A stretch of DNA of 63,059 nucleotides, the filler included, from Dugesia japonica (lineage: Eukaryota), in the NCBI GenBank assembly GCA_001938525.1. It is 5 parts of 5 records of this genome, joined end to end, with 100 filler letters (N's around TTAATTAATTAA, not from the genome) between each part and the next. Parts side by side here need not be neighbours in the genome. Positions count along the whole stretch, not along the records: positions 24,440 to 33,830 come from MQRL01635973.1; positions 33,931 to 50,179 come from MQRL01630877.1; 3 more parts are not named here. One strand, written 5' to 3'. The first letter of the stretch is position 1, and each line of letters opens with the position of its first letter. A model generated the notes under the pieces. That model was not told the origin of the DNA. It ran no database searches and worked only from the letters and a program-made list of their open reading frames with translations. This document shows positions 28,101 to 40,979 of this stretch, one piece after another. A program made the position numbers and the translations under genes.

Positions 28101-30925
28101 TAGTCTTCNNNNNNNNNNNNNNNNNNNNNNNNNNNNNNNNNNNNNNNNNNNNNNNNNNNNNNNNNNNNNNNNNNNNNNNNNNNNNNNNNNNNNNNNNNNN
28201 NNNNNNNNNNNNNNNNNNNNNNNNNNNNNNNNNNNNNNNNNNNNNNNNNNNNNNNNNNNNNNNNNNNNNNNNNNNNNNNNNNNNNNNNNNNNTTAATGAA
28301 ATCTCAAATGCGATCAATGGTTAAGTCCAACAATTATTCTCAGAATAATTGTAATTATAAAATTTATGAACCTATTATTAAACTTTAAAATTAATTAATT
28401 AATTAAGACTTATCAGAAAGTTTATTCTATCAAAGTAAAGTTTAAAACCAACATATGCAACATTATAAATTAAACTTGAAAATAAAAATTATTCTTATTT
28501 ATTTTAGTATTTACCGAATGTAAAACCATAACTGTAAAGGTTTTTCCTCTTTATAATTTATTTATAATTATAAAAGCTTTAATTTAATCAACTAGTACCA
28601 ATAATAAGCATTTATTTATTTTCACTTCATATTTAAATTGTCTAAAGTTATTGTATTTTACACTTAAAGTTAAAGTTTTAGATATTTTTCTGATAATTAA
28701 TTGAAAATTATTAAATTCCTCATACTTAATTTAATCAATCAATATTATTTGCAATATTTTCAAAGAATAATTACAAATTATTTCAAACTTTTCAATACTA
28801 AATGAATTTGCTATTATAAATTTAATTTAACCATAAAAATTTAAAATTTAATCTTAAAACTATATACATGAAATCTAATTTATTTTCAAAATTACCTTTA
28901 AAATTTATTCAAAACATTATTCAATTTACCTACAAAAGCAAAGTTTTAATTAAAGGATCAATAAGCAAAGTGCGTCAACATAAACAAAGGCTGTCTTTAA
29001 AGCCAGAAAATCCTCCCCAAGACTTTTAGTCTTGGTTTGGACAGATAATAGCTGTATATAAAATAGCAAAAAAAAGAATACACTGATAGGAGAGGGCGCA
29101 AAGATCATAACCCGGATTGAGAATCTTTAAACTCATTTATCCACAATAGGCTCGCTATCATTCAAGTCTTTGATTGCGGGAAAATCAAAGTCTTCACAGT
29201 TAGCTAGCCCAATGTGAAATCACCAGTTCTTGGTGATGAGATTTAGACCACCATACTTCAGGACAGAAACGTTTTTAACACACCACGATCATAGACATCC
29301 AACTGAGATCGTTTCAAGGTAAGCAGTCTAATTTGAAAGGTTTCTTTTGATGTCTTCCTTGAGACCCAGTCAGTGAGAGGGTCATTTACAGCTTTCGACT
29401 GGAAATAATCTTCAAGATCAGCCTAAGAAGGATAACAATCAGCAGTAACCTCGTTAGTTATCAACTGAAAAACTACCTTTTGTGAAAATTTGAATTGATC
29501 TCTTACGCTCAGATCCATCTCATCGCACATGTTGTTTTCTCCCTCTCTCCCAATTTTAAAATTAATATTTTTAGGTTTAATATTACGAACAGAGTGAACA
29601 AAGCTGTAGACAGATTCCACAGAAGTGTTCATGTCAGTACTGTCCATTGATTTTATTAAAATATTAAATTTAGTTTCTTTTTCTGTAATTTTTCTTTCTG
29701 AAACATTCAAAATTAATAAATTCATCATGCTTGATTCATTCAATAAATTATTTTCAATAAAGGTTTAGAAATTATTTTAACGAATCAATCTTAATAAAAA
29801 ATTCATATTATAAATTAAACTTTAATTAGATTATTTACGATAAAAATGAAACAATTTAACTAAACGGTGGTTAATTAATGTAACGCTAATTTAATGAACT
29901 TTACGCTAATAAGTTTTAATGAATTTGACGCTAATTTTTAATTAATTTTTAAGTAACATATTTATAAAGTTATCACTGAAAGACTTTAAAGTTCTTATAA
30001 GTCATCGATTAAATATTGGTTATAAAGTAAAATTAACAAGAAAACAACTAATAAATATATATTTATTAAAATTTTATTTACAAATTACGAGTGATTTGTA
30101 TTATGTTTTTCTTTTTTAGGTCTCTCAATTCCCCGATTTGGCACCAGAGGAAAATTGATGTAATTGAGCAAGGTTTCTTTTTTCAATACATCATAGACAT
30201 GAAAACATTGTTTTTCTTATAAAAAACGTAACAAGTGCAAAACGCATCTCTAAACGTTGAAGGGGTTTCCGATGAATAAACACAAATATTTTTACTTAAA
30301 AACTTAGCAGAATCATCAAATAACTCTATGGATATTTTAAATAATTTAATAAAATTCAATTTTTCTAATTGCTCAGTAGTATTAAACAACTGATAAAAAG
30401 CAGTGTTGCCGTTTTGGTCAATAGTCTTCCGAATCCTGTAATCTTAAAGCTGTTGTGCACATTGGTAAGTAAATACATTACATTTCTTATTTGTTTTGAA
30501 ATCTCTTTGTCTCCATAAGCCATTTTTAAGCCACTTTTCTTCATAATTACAGGCTATCTAATTGATTTTCATTCTCGATTTTTTTCAAACATTGTCTAAA
30601 TTTGTTATTAAAAATTCAAATATTTTCTAAATTCTTAATAAAAATCTTACTTTTTTCTATAATTTTAAAATTATTATCATAAATGGCTATTTATAATATT
30701 AAAACGAAAACATTTTATATTTAGCGTAAAATTTATTAAAAATTATTAACGTAAAGTTCATTAAATTAGCTTAAGGTTCATTGAAATAGAGTAAATTTAA
30801 TTATTATTTCTGAACTAAATATACACTAAATCTTACTTAATTTATAAATTAAAAGTAAAAATATAGAATAGGTTAAATAATTAAATATTAATTAAACAGT
30901 ACATTTACCACTCGTGAAGAGTAAA
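25115..30925. mobile_element. Large imperfect palindrome / foldback-like element
   Basis: Nested inverted matches: 25115-25190 vs 30855-30925, ~25400-25560 vs ~28790-28950, ~26100-26150 vs ~28635-28690, ~26420-26500 vs ~27930-28000, ~26600-26780 vs ~27710-27830. Confidence 0.7.
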
Positions 30926-31019
30926 GACCAATGAAGAACAAAGACCATTAAGTGAGAGTAAAGACCAGTAAACAGTGGGAAACCATTTATAACTAAAGAA
31001 CAGCTCACAGTACACAATG

Positions 31020-31980
31020 TGCAGATTCTCTATCTAATAGTACACTGATCATTAAATTTGGATGAAAATTATAAAAAATAATACTTAAACTAAATAGTAC
31101 TTAAACAATAATTAAATTATTATTTTATTAATACTTTTTATTTTTAATTAATTATTAAGAATTAAAATCTTTTAACTTTTTTCAAAGTAATTTGGTTTGG
31201 CAATTTTCTACCGTATATATTCTTGATCAGCGAAAGATTCTCTATCTAATAACACACGAATCATTAAATCTGTATGAAAATTATAAAAAATAATTTTTAT
31301 TTGTGTCCGTTAAGCATAAACGGAATTTTTGTCCGGGTTTTTTCAATTTCTCTCAGTCAAAATTAAGGTTGTCGCTTTGAAGTGATGTTTTTCTTGATCA
31401 GTGAAAAATCCTTTATCGAATAATGTATGTTTTTTACGATTAAAAACAAACTTTAAAAATTTTCACAAATTCTTGGTTTTATCCCATTTTCCTAAGCTCC
31501 AGACAAGATTTGGGGATTTTTAACTAAGTCAGTCATGATCAGCAGAAAAGTTTCTATCGAATAGGTACTTTGATGTTCAAATTTGAGTTACGTTTTTATT
31601 TTTTGGAAAAGTTACAAAATCCCGGAGAACAGCGAAATATCTTCGTTAGGAAGCATTTTCTCGAGACAATATTTTAACTTTGTATAGTCTTTTTTTCCTC
31701 TTGAGTTAAATAATAACAAATTTGAGTCCATACGAGTTATATGCACAAAGAGAATTGAACGTCAAAATTCAAAATTTGAGATTTTTCGATACAAAACTTC
31801 ATTTATTTCATGTAGTATTAACTTTGTCGATTTTAGATTATAACAAATTGTTATCAACCATCATCAATATCGGCTAAATTTTCTCTATCTAATAGACATA
31901 GTTATTTTATAAAAAAATGAAAATAAAATTTTCGAAAAATTTTAAGTTTTGAAAAATTATCTCAATCGAATGAATTCTGC
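31020..31980 (+). repeat. Spaced array of the motif GATCAGxGAAAxxTTCTCTATC(T/G)AATA
   Basis: Copies near 31025, 31225, 31395, 31537, 31880 and a degenerate one near 31960, all in the same orientation. Confidence 0.6.
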
Positions 31981-33099
31981 ATAGATTGTTGTAAAAAATC
32001 TCGACAAAAATATTTTGAAAAATTTTCGAAATTCGGATTGTTTAACTGGATTTAAAAAATTAAAAAACTTTAAAATTTAAACGAGGATAACCTAATTTCA
32101 CCGATTTTCATTAAAAAATGCTATGAAAAATTTTCCTAACGAAAAAACTTGTAAATAATGTCGCTTAAAAAGCTTGAAATTTACAAAAATTCGGTAAACT
32201 ATTCAAAAATACGAAGGAAAGTTATGTAATACTCACAAATGAGTGCCACCAAACTATTTACATTAAAAATTTCTGAAACACAAGGAGTGGTGGTTTATTG
32301 AATGTGGACTGCTCCGGTGCGTCAGTATCCCCCTACTATCAGACATGCCAATTAGATTGGATAATATTCGAAAATTCGAAAGAAAAAATCCTGCTTGTTG
32401 AAGATCTGAAGTTGAATAAAAACGTAACCATAAAAGAAATTAATGTTTTTCTGAAGCTCGTCAAACAAATAATTGCTATAATCAACTAAATCGATAACGT
32501 CTTTGTTTAGGTTTCACATTTTACCTTGACAACTCCTTTGTATGTTTTGCTTAAAGATTTTGATTTTATAAACTAAATATATGGAAAATAAGATATTTGA
32601 AAAACTATTTTTGCAAAATATAGTCAAGTAATAAGCGAGTCATCGTGATTTCTGTTTGTTTTTTAATAAGATATCGATGTGGTCTGGGCAAAGTTCTCTC
32701 ACGGACAAATTCTTATTTTATTTATATAATAAAGGTCTGATGGAAATCCGAATAATCATTCTGTCCCCCTGTAAATTGAATGCAATTAGAAATAGTTTTT
32801 ATAAAAACCTTTGCTTAAAAATAAGAATAAATCAATAAAAATGAATTAAATATTTCTGTTCTTTGTTGAAATACCTGATCAAATATAATAAAATATAAAA
32901 TTTCATATAACAAAAATCCAGAATAAAATCGAGAGCTGAATCAAAAGAGTTATTCCTTTCTAAATATAAAAAAAAGTTATACTAATATAAATTATAATAA
33001 TAGAAAATTATAATAAAATAAATTATAATAATATAAAATAATAATAATATAATGATAATATAAAATATTAAAAAATATTATAATAATATAAAAATTTTG

Positions 33100-33700
33100 G
33101 TCAATTCTTTACACATGTCATCATTAATTCCACAAAAGACACGAATAATGTTGGTTTTCAGGTCGTGGAGTGTTTGTGGTTTTTGGTGTAAACAAAGAAT
33201 TTAATCTAACCTCAGAGAGAGACCTCCAATAAAACCACATTTTTTTCAAATCAAAATCTTGTAATTTATGCCATAAAAATCGGTAATCATGTTCTATTAG
33301 TATTTTCCATCTCCAGTAACTGCGTCGCCATTTTTATTTTCAAAAAAGTGGCGGCCAATTACACCTCTTGATCATAAACCACGCCAAACTGTTACTTTTT
33401 GTGTATGTAAAGATAGTTCAAGAATAGCATGAGAGTTTTCTATACTCGACAAATTTGCTTATTTAATTAAAAATGAGGTTCATCGTTAATAAGTTCTTTT
33501 TTTTAATGAAATAGTGGATTACTTGGAAGTTACTCTAAAGACTAATCTGCAAAATTTCTACGCAGTAAATAGTCATCTGGTGTTGTGCAGTTCTTGAGTT
33601 AACTGAATCTATGAAGTGCAGATCTTTATGAATAATATTCCATATTGTGCCATACAAAAGTCCACGTTTTTCAGAACAACGTTTTTATTCATTATGATTT
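33100..33700 (-). pseudogene. Tc1/mariner superfamily, rosa/DD41D-like transposase remnant
   Basis: QKVTVWRGL*SRGVIGRHFFENKNGDAVT and MITDFLWHKLQDFDLKKMWF match the rosa-type VWCGL..GIIGPYFF...MWFQQD region. Confidence 0.65.
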
Positions 33701-33874
33701 CCTCATGCTGTGCAACTGTGTATATTTGTATGAGAATTTGACAAACAGTGCTGAAGACAAATATCAATTTTAGCGGGTTTCTATAATCCAGAAGTAAAAA
33801 CTTAAAAAAAAACAAGATATATATATATATNNNNNNNNNNNNNNNNNNNNNNNNNNNNNNNNNNNNNNNNNNNN

Positions 33875-33886
33875 TTAATTAATTAA
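33875..33886. other. Artificial contig linker
   Basis: TTAATTAATTAA inside N runs. Confidence 0.95.
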
Positions 33887-35616
33887 NNNNNNNNNNNNNN
33901 NNNNNNNNNNNNNNNNNNNNNNNNNNNNNNTATATATATATATATATATATATATTTCGATGAATCAGAAGTGATTATATTTTGATATCTAATAAATATT
34001 TGTAGTAAATTGTTGTTGTATCATAACCTAACAATTATGTATATTATTATTATTATTTGTAGGGAGATAAGATTATTATTATACAAGTTTATTATTGTGT
34101 ATATTCATTACTGTAATGTTATTATTTACAAATGTCATATTCGTTATTTTAAATAAAATGTTCAATTTTTCAAATGCAAGCTTGAACCAACATTATAAAA
34201 GTTTAGATTTTCCAAAATTTAAATTTGAAATCACCAGCACCGACATAGTTTGTGCGTAATAATAAAAAGCGGGATCATTAACAGCTCGCATAATGTAAAC
34301 CTACGATATCAATTATAACAATAGGTTGTCATCTTATAGAAAAGTGGTATCGCTTATATCAATAAACCGCTGCCACCTATCGATTAATGTTTAAATTTAA
34401 AATAGCTCAGTAAGAAGAATTATACCAACGTGCGAAGCGCGCAAATAGAAAAACATGACAACTAAAATAAAAACGTACATCATTATTATTGTTTTCATCG
34501 CGGCAATTATCGCGTGATAACGAGTGAATAATTATGATGCAGCAAAGAAATGATTGCTACAAAATTAGAAAATCCACGAAAAGTGATCTTTAAACAAACG
34601 ATGAAACTGCAATAATAATCATAATCTTCAATCTTCAAAATCAATTTTAAAATGGTAATTGGTTAATTAGTTATTGTTTAGGATTACCTAAACTCTATAT
34701 TGTAAAGCTCATTACTGAGAAACATAGATTTACGTTGATCAGTTATAAGAACGCGAAATAAATTTAACAATATTTGCGCCATCATCTAAAGAAGAAGCAC
34801 ATTACCAATTATTAATAAATATTGCATATTTAAAGTTGAACTATTTCTCATACCATCTGAGAGCATCCACAGACGGATCACAAATAAGACAAAAAACGTA
34901 AAAGTTTTCTATTGTAATAAGCAGCGTGGATAGGAAAATAGATGAAATAAAATTGTGATGACGAAAATATGAATCAAATCGAAAATGTTTGGTCCTAACT
35001 GGAGAAGCTAGGGATGATTGAGCAATGAAATTTTATGCATATGTCGTAAAATTGTTCTTGGTTTTATGTACCGTAGTAATAGTTATAATTTTATATTTTT
35101 CGTTTTATTGTATTCACTCATTAATGATAAATTTTCATTAATGTTTGAAGATTAAGTTAAAAATTTTTAATATATTAATGACTTTTGATTATCATCGACG
35201 TTTTAGTAAATTTAGACAAAGATTTTATAAATTTAATAAACTGATTAACGATAATATAGGGTATTTCAAAAAACAGGAATGATGTACTACAAACAACTAC
35301 AACAACTCGCGATTGTGAGCAACGGAACGGTTAATAAGCAGATCTGAGAAAATTGGAATTGGATAAGAGTTGGTTTGTTGGAAAGAAGGTGATAGTGTTT
35401 GGGAGGTATTGATTTTTTGTAGAGTTAGGGGTTAAGGGTTAGTAGGTAGTAAGAAAGGGCTAACATAATTTATTTTTCTAAAATTACTCACAAAAACCTT
35501 TTATACTCCAAACGCGTGACAACCCATTTTGTTGATCTAGTGCACCTACAATTTTAGAACTTCCTGACCTATTATCATCCTTAGTTACCTTTACAAACAT
35601 ATATAAAACTTTCAAG

Positions 35617-35953
35617 AGTAGTGGTGAAAACACGCTTTTAACTCAGGGAGTAGCTCCGAATTTGTGCAAAGGGCATAAACGATAATAGTACAACAAAGTT
35701 CATTACCACTGGAACAGAAATTAAGCACTGATTACATAGGAAAAAAAGGGTCATCGTTACCAGGGGAACAGAGTTTGATACCACTACAACAACCTTAATA
35801 AACAATGGGTTTGTTATTTGAGTTGTGTTTTTCAGTTGTATTTTAGCTTGTGTTTTGTTGTGCAGCTGCTAACGCACATTTCGGATAAAAATGCCCTGAG
35901 TTAAAAGCGTGTTTTCCCCACTACTCATAATTAGTTATTTTTTCTTGAATTTT
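35617..35953 (+). repeat. Polinton left TIR
   Basis: Reverse complement of 49144-49424, with about 10 mismatches in the first ~124 bp by manual count and a ~56-bp extra segment at ~35764-35820. Confidence 0.93.
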
Positions 35954-36059
35954 GATTATTTTATTGGTAAAGAAAATGGATAAAAATAATTAATCTTGAT
36001 TTTATATTAATATTAATTAATATTATTAATATTAATTTTCAATATTTTATTTTTGAAAA

Positions 36060-37299
36060 ATGATGTTTTGACAATTTCACCTTGATCTGGTTCAATTTAT
36101 AATTTAATGTCTACTGGAGATATAGTTTTTCAATCTTTACAATCATCAAATTCATTAGATATTTGTAATTCAATGTTATACTTTAGAATAGAGATTGATG
36201 TTCAAAATGGAGATAAAATAACTTTGGAAAATAATTGGTTTTCAAGTTTATTTAAATCAATGAGATTAACTTTAGGATCTTCAGATGTGGAAACAATCAA
36301 TGACTCAGGAATTTCATCAACAATATTAAATTTTGTAACAACTAGTTCAACTTATAAAAAAATATATGGTAAATTATCAGGATGGATTCCTGATGCAAAT
36401 AATAGTGATTTAGATGCTACTAGTTTGGGGGCAAATACAGGTCGTTTTAAAATAAATAAACTTTATTACTTAAAGAAGAAATTTGATGGTTATTTTCCAA
36501 TAAAAGATTGATTTGGTTTTATGCAATGTTACAACAGATTATTATATAATACAAATATTGAATTTATATGTAATTGACAAATAGAAGATAAATTATTATT
36601 CGTTGGAGATAAAGATAAAACAGCAACTTTAAAACTAACAACTCTAGAATTACATATACCAGAATTTAGATTAGTTCTAAAAATGGAGGTAAATGTATTA
36701 GAAAGAATTAACACAAATAAATCTATTCAAGTTTCATTTTTAAATAGAATTACCTCCAAAACAACTTTGGATTAAGGAAATTATTATTCGGTGAAACTAA
36801 GTAATTTAACTTATAAATCAAGATATATTTTTATTGTAATAACAGATTTAGAAATTTCATATCAAAAGAATAATAATATATTTATTAAACAAATTAATAA
36901 AACTGTTGAAAATGAAACAAAAGAAAAAATTACAATAAAACATTCTCTCAAAAGTATTCAAGTACAATTTAATAATACACATTATCCTATAAATGAATCT
37001 AAATTTAAATGACTTTACCCTATTTAAATTATGCAAATTGTTGTAAAGACTTTTTCATTGAACCTCAGTTATCTTTACAAGAGTTTGGTAATTCGTATCC
37101 AATATTTTGTTTTGACATTAGTTCCCAAGATGATAAATTAAATATTAACACTGTGGATATAACTTTACATATAACTAAAGATCCTGATTTTAAAGGATCT
37201 TTATGTTGGTGCATTTTAGAAGAAAAACTTATTGAAATAAAATTATTTAATTTTAAAATCCTCATGATTGAAAATAAACGAAATGAAAGCTATGTTTAA
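36060..37299 (+). pseudogene. Polinton major capsid protein (double jelly-roll, hexon-like)
   Basis: ITLENNWFSSLFKSMRLTLGSSDVE, D*FGFMQCYNRLLYNTNIEF, LELHIPE, IQVQFNNTHYP and YPIFCFDISSQDDKLNINTVDITLHI follow the Polinton/adintovirus MCP motif order. Broken by stops and a frameshift. Confidence 0.8.
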
Positions 37300-37325
37300 T
37301 ATTCTCTAATTCTTAAATATATAAA

Positions 37326-38639
37326 ATGGATAAAAATAATAAAAGTATTTGTGAAAATTGTAACAAAATATTACTTAGAAAAAATAAAGCTAGACATTTT
37401 AAAATTTGTGAAAAGACTCCTTCCAGTCGTGAGCGAGAGCGAACAAGAAGAGATCTTCAATTTTCTAAATCAACTTTTGCAATTTTAAAACCATTTATTT
37501 GGAAAAAGTATCCAAGTGAAAGACATTTGTTTAAACCTAATTATACAGGTCCAAGAACAAGATTAGATTTAAGATTAAATTCTGAAGGTAATCCTAAACC
37601 AAGAGAAGAACCAATTAATAGAGTTGATGAAGCTGCTTTAAAACATGATTTGTCTTATAAATCAGAAGATTTAAGAGATTGACATTTAGCTGATGTAAAT
37701 TTAATTCATGATTTGAATAATATCCAAAATTCAACTACTTCTGAAAAAATACAAAGAAGTTTAGTAAAATTAGCAATGAAAGGTAATATTATTTTAGGTG
37801 CTGGAACGAACGAAGTGAGTTCCATGCCTATTGATAATAAAGAAATATTATCAAATCAATTACATCACGAATATAGAAAACCAAAACATTTCCTAAAAGT
37901 TATTATTAATGAAATTGATGAAACTTGGGGTTGTGATATTATTGATATGGTTAAAAAATCTATTGATAAATATAGATATATTTTAGTTTGTATTGATTTA
38001 TATTACAGATTTGGTTCTTGTGTTCCAACGATTAATAAAAATCACGAATCTTTATGAGAAGCTTATGAAAATATATTTGAAACTAGTAACAGAGTAACAA
38101 GTAAAATTAGGTTTGATAAAGAGTCAGCAATTAGATCCAAATATTTTGATAAATTTCTTAAAGAAAATGATATTATATTATATCACACAAAAAATGAAGG
38201 TAAATCGGCTTTTGCTGAAAGATTTATTAGAACTTTAAAAAATAAAATGTTGAAATACTTTACATTAGTTAGAAACCAAAAATGGAATAAAACATTGTTA
38301 GATAAAATTGTAAATGAATATAATAATACAATTTATTCTATTATAAAAACCACTCCAAATGAAGCATCAGAAAATCCTGAAACTATAAAAGGTTTAATCG
38401 AAGATCGTAATCATGAAATTGATAACTTTAGTTTTAAACAAAAATTTAAAATTGGAGATACAGTTAGAATCTTTAAATATAAATATAAATTTGAAAAAGG
38501 TTTTACAGCTAAATGGACAAATGAAATATTTGAAACAAAACCATTTATTTATGGAATTACTGATTTAGAAAATGAAAAGATTTTAGGCAGATTTTTTAGC
38601 AATGAATTACAGAAAACTGTTTTAAAAATTTTAATTTAA
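37326..38639 (+). pseudogene. C2HC Zn finger, parvovirus-type phospholipase A2 and retroviral-like DDE integrase in one reading frame
   Basis: ORFs 37326, 37713 and 38247 share one frame, separated only by TGA at 37680 and 38055. Motifs: CENCNKILLRKNKARHFKIC; NYTGPRT...PINRVDEAALKHDLSY...*HLAD; LHHEYRK...WGCDIIDM, RFDKES, AERFIRTLK, YNNT.YS, FKIGDTVRI...FEKGFTAKWTNEIF. Confidence 0.88.
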
Positions 38640-38649
38640 TAAATTAAAA

Positions 38650-39009
38650 ATGAGTGAAAATTCTTTCAATTTTATTTTAAAAGGCGCTCTAAATGAGGAA
38701 TCAAAAAATATTTTAAAAGAAGAAAATTCACAAGAATTTAAAGAAGAATTTAAAAATGAATCAGAAGAAAATAAATATTTAAAAAAATCACTCGCAGCTG
38801 TAAATATTAAAAATTCACCAGAATTATTTTGGAAGTGGTTAACTATAGATACTATTGAAGATAAAACAGATGAAGAAACTTCTCATTTGATTAATTACTT
38901 TAAAATTTTTATTTTTTATAATATGGATCCGTATAGTATGAGTATATTAAATCTAGTTAGAAATAAATTAGATAAAGAAGATATGACTGGTAGTGTATAT
39001 AAAATATAA
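38650..39009 (+). CDS. Polinton hypothetical protein
   Basis: 119-aa ORF starting 11 nt after the integrase stop with an AAAATG start. No motif recognised. Confidence 0.5.
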   Translation: MSENSFNFILKGALNEESKNILKEENSQEFKEEFKNESEENKYLKKSLAAVNIKNSPELFWKWLTIDTIEDKTDEETSHLINYFKIFIFYNMDPYSMSILNLVRNKLDKEDMTGSVYKI

Positions 39010-39080
39010 ATAGAAAGATTCTTTGATAAAAAAATAACTTCTGATAATGAAAATAAGTAATTATTTTTTATTAAATAAAT

Positions 39081-39845
39081 ATGTCTCAACTAATTTGGAA
39101 TAAAAATATCTTTAATAATAAAATCTTTCCATCTAATTTCAGATTATTAATAATTGGATCTTCTGGATAAAGTAAAAATCTTTTGTTAATGAAAATTTTA
39201 TTAACTCCAGAGTTTTTAGATTTTGACACTTTAATAATTTGTTCCACAACTATAAATCAATTTGAATAACAGTTTATGGTTTATCATCGTTTTGAAAATG
39301 GTTTAACAAAACAAGATATTATTTTTATTTTTGAAAACCAAAATATAGTTCCTGATTCTTTAAATACTCCTTTGCCAGTTATTGAATGGTTTATAAAAAA
39401 GTATTTAATAAACAAACCAAGAATGATAAATGTGATTTTAAGTAATAAACCAAATGAAATTATTCCTTGTGATAAATTATCTAAACAGAAAAAGAATTTA
39501 ATAATTTTTGATGATGTTGTAAATGTCAAAGATCAAGAAATTCAAAAAAGTTATTTTTCTAGAGGAAGACATGTAAATTTAATGTTATTTATATTTCTCA
39601 AGCATATTTTCATTTAGATAAAAACTCTATTAGAAATAATTATAATTGTTTTACATATTTTTTAAATTAAATAAAACAGATAAAGATAATGTTTATTATG
39701 ATTTGTTTAGTAATATATTTTCAAGTAAAATGTAATATGATTAGAATGTAAATTTACATTAGAAAACTAAATATAATTATTACTATTTAGATAGAGAAGC
39801 CAAAGTTTTAATGGAAGATTTTTTTGAAGAGGAGAAAAAGGTGTA
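39081..39845 (+). pseudogene. A32/FtsK-like DNA packaging ATPase
   Basis: FRLLIIGSSG*SK (damaged Walker A), LIIFDD (Walker B), YFSRGRHVN, and YLSQAYFHLDKNSIRNN after a frameshift. Confidence 0.88.
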
Positions 39846-40009
39846 ATTTATGGGGCCTTTTGGGTTGCTCCTCTTTTAAAATCCTCCTACATCTTAAATT
39901 GATAGGTAAAAAAAGGAGATGAGAGGTAAGAGGTAAAAGGTGAGAGGAGAAGAGTATTTAATTTTCAAAAGAGGAATTGAATTATTTTTTCAAATTACAA
40001 GTAAATAAA

Positions 40010-40510
40010 ATGTCTTTAGTATCAGAACAAGAATTAATTGATTTGGTAAATTCAAGTAAATGTAAATCTGTAAAAATTAATAAAAAAATTGGATTGGAGA
40101 ACAAATTAAAGAAGAAATAAAAAAGAAAATGGGTAAAGAACATGAAGGCGGTTTTGCTTTTCTAACTGCAATACCAGGTATAATTGCTGGTTTAGCATCT
40201 ACAGCTAGTATTGTTTCAAGTGTTGCTAGTACAGTAAGTAATTTTAGAGATGCAAATAAAAAACAAAAAGAAACTGAATTAGTTGAATAACAGAAAAAAA
40301 ATTTAGAAAATAAAATTAAAAAAGAAGAATTACAAAAAGAAGGTTCAGAACTTTACTTAAAATCTTATCAAAGTTCTGCAATTCATAAATATTTAAAAAA
40401 CAGTTTACCTAACTCATAGTTGAAGATGATTACTAAATATTTTTAAAAAGGAGTACAAATAAAAACTAGTGGGGATGGTTTATATTTAAAACCATATAAA
40501 AATGGATAGT
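40010..40510 (+). pseudogene. Membrane-lytic / protein VI-like virion protein ('Cupiennin'-type)
   Basis: HEGGFAFLTAIPGIIAGLASTASIVSSVASTV amphipathic segment after GGF, a coiled coil, then GSELYLKSY and GDGLYLKPYK repeats. Confidence 0.65.
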
Positions 40511-40516
40511 GTACAA

Positions 40517-40948
40517 ATGATAGAAAGAATAAAACTTTTGAAACAATTAATTAAAGCTCAAGATGATTATGATAATTTATTTACTGGTAATATAATTGAA
40601 TCAAAAACTTTATGAGATGTTTTAACTACACAACAACAACCCATTATTAAAGCTATTGAAAACGTAGTTACAAAACCTAAAAATCCATTTAAAAATAGAA
40701 TTCCATTCTTTCCTAAAATTAATTTAAATGTTGATAATTTGTCTAAAACAATTATACCTATATTTGAAATAGAAAATATTGATAATAAAATCTTTCAAAA
40801 GATAATTTACCCACATAAAGAAAACTTTTATTGAAGAAGATGGAAAGATGAAGAGGATGTGTTTATATCTTTTATATTCACTTAGTTGTAAACCTTTTGA
40901 TGAAATTATTAATGAATTATTTACATCCTTAATTCAAAATGAGTTATA
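40517..40948 (+). pseudogene. Polinton hypothetical protein remnant
   Basis: MIERIKLLKQLIKAQDD...QQPIIKAIENVV; broken by a stop and a frameshift. Confidence 0.4.
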
Positions 40949-40979
40949 AAAAAATATACAATATCTTTTTAGAAAATAA

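Noticed and set aside
35420-35450. TTAGGG-like telomeric repeat near the Polinton
   Set aside because: Only 2-3 imperfect units.
36060-38639. TGA read-through or alternative genetic code in the Polinton genes
   Set aside because: TGA interruptions replace different expected residues, and TAA/TAG stops and frameshifts are also common in MCP, ATPase and pPolB. Ordinary decay explains them.
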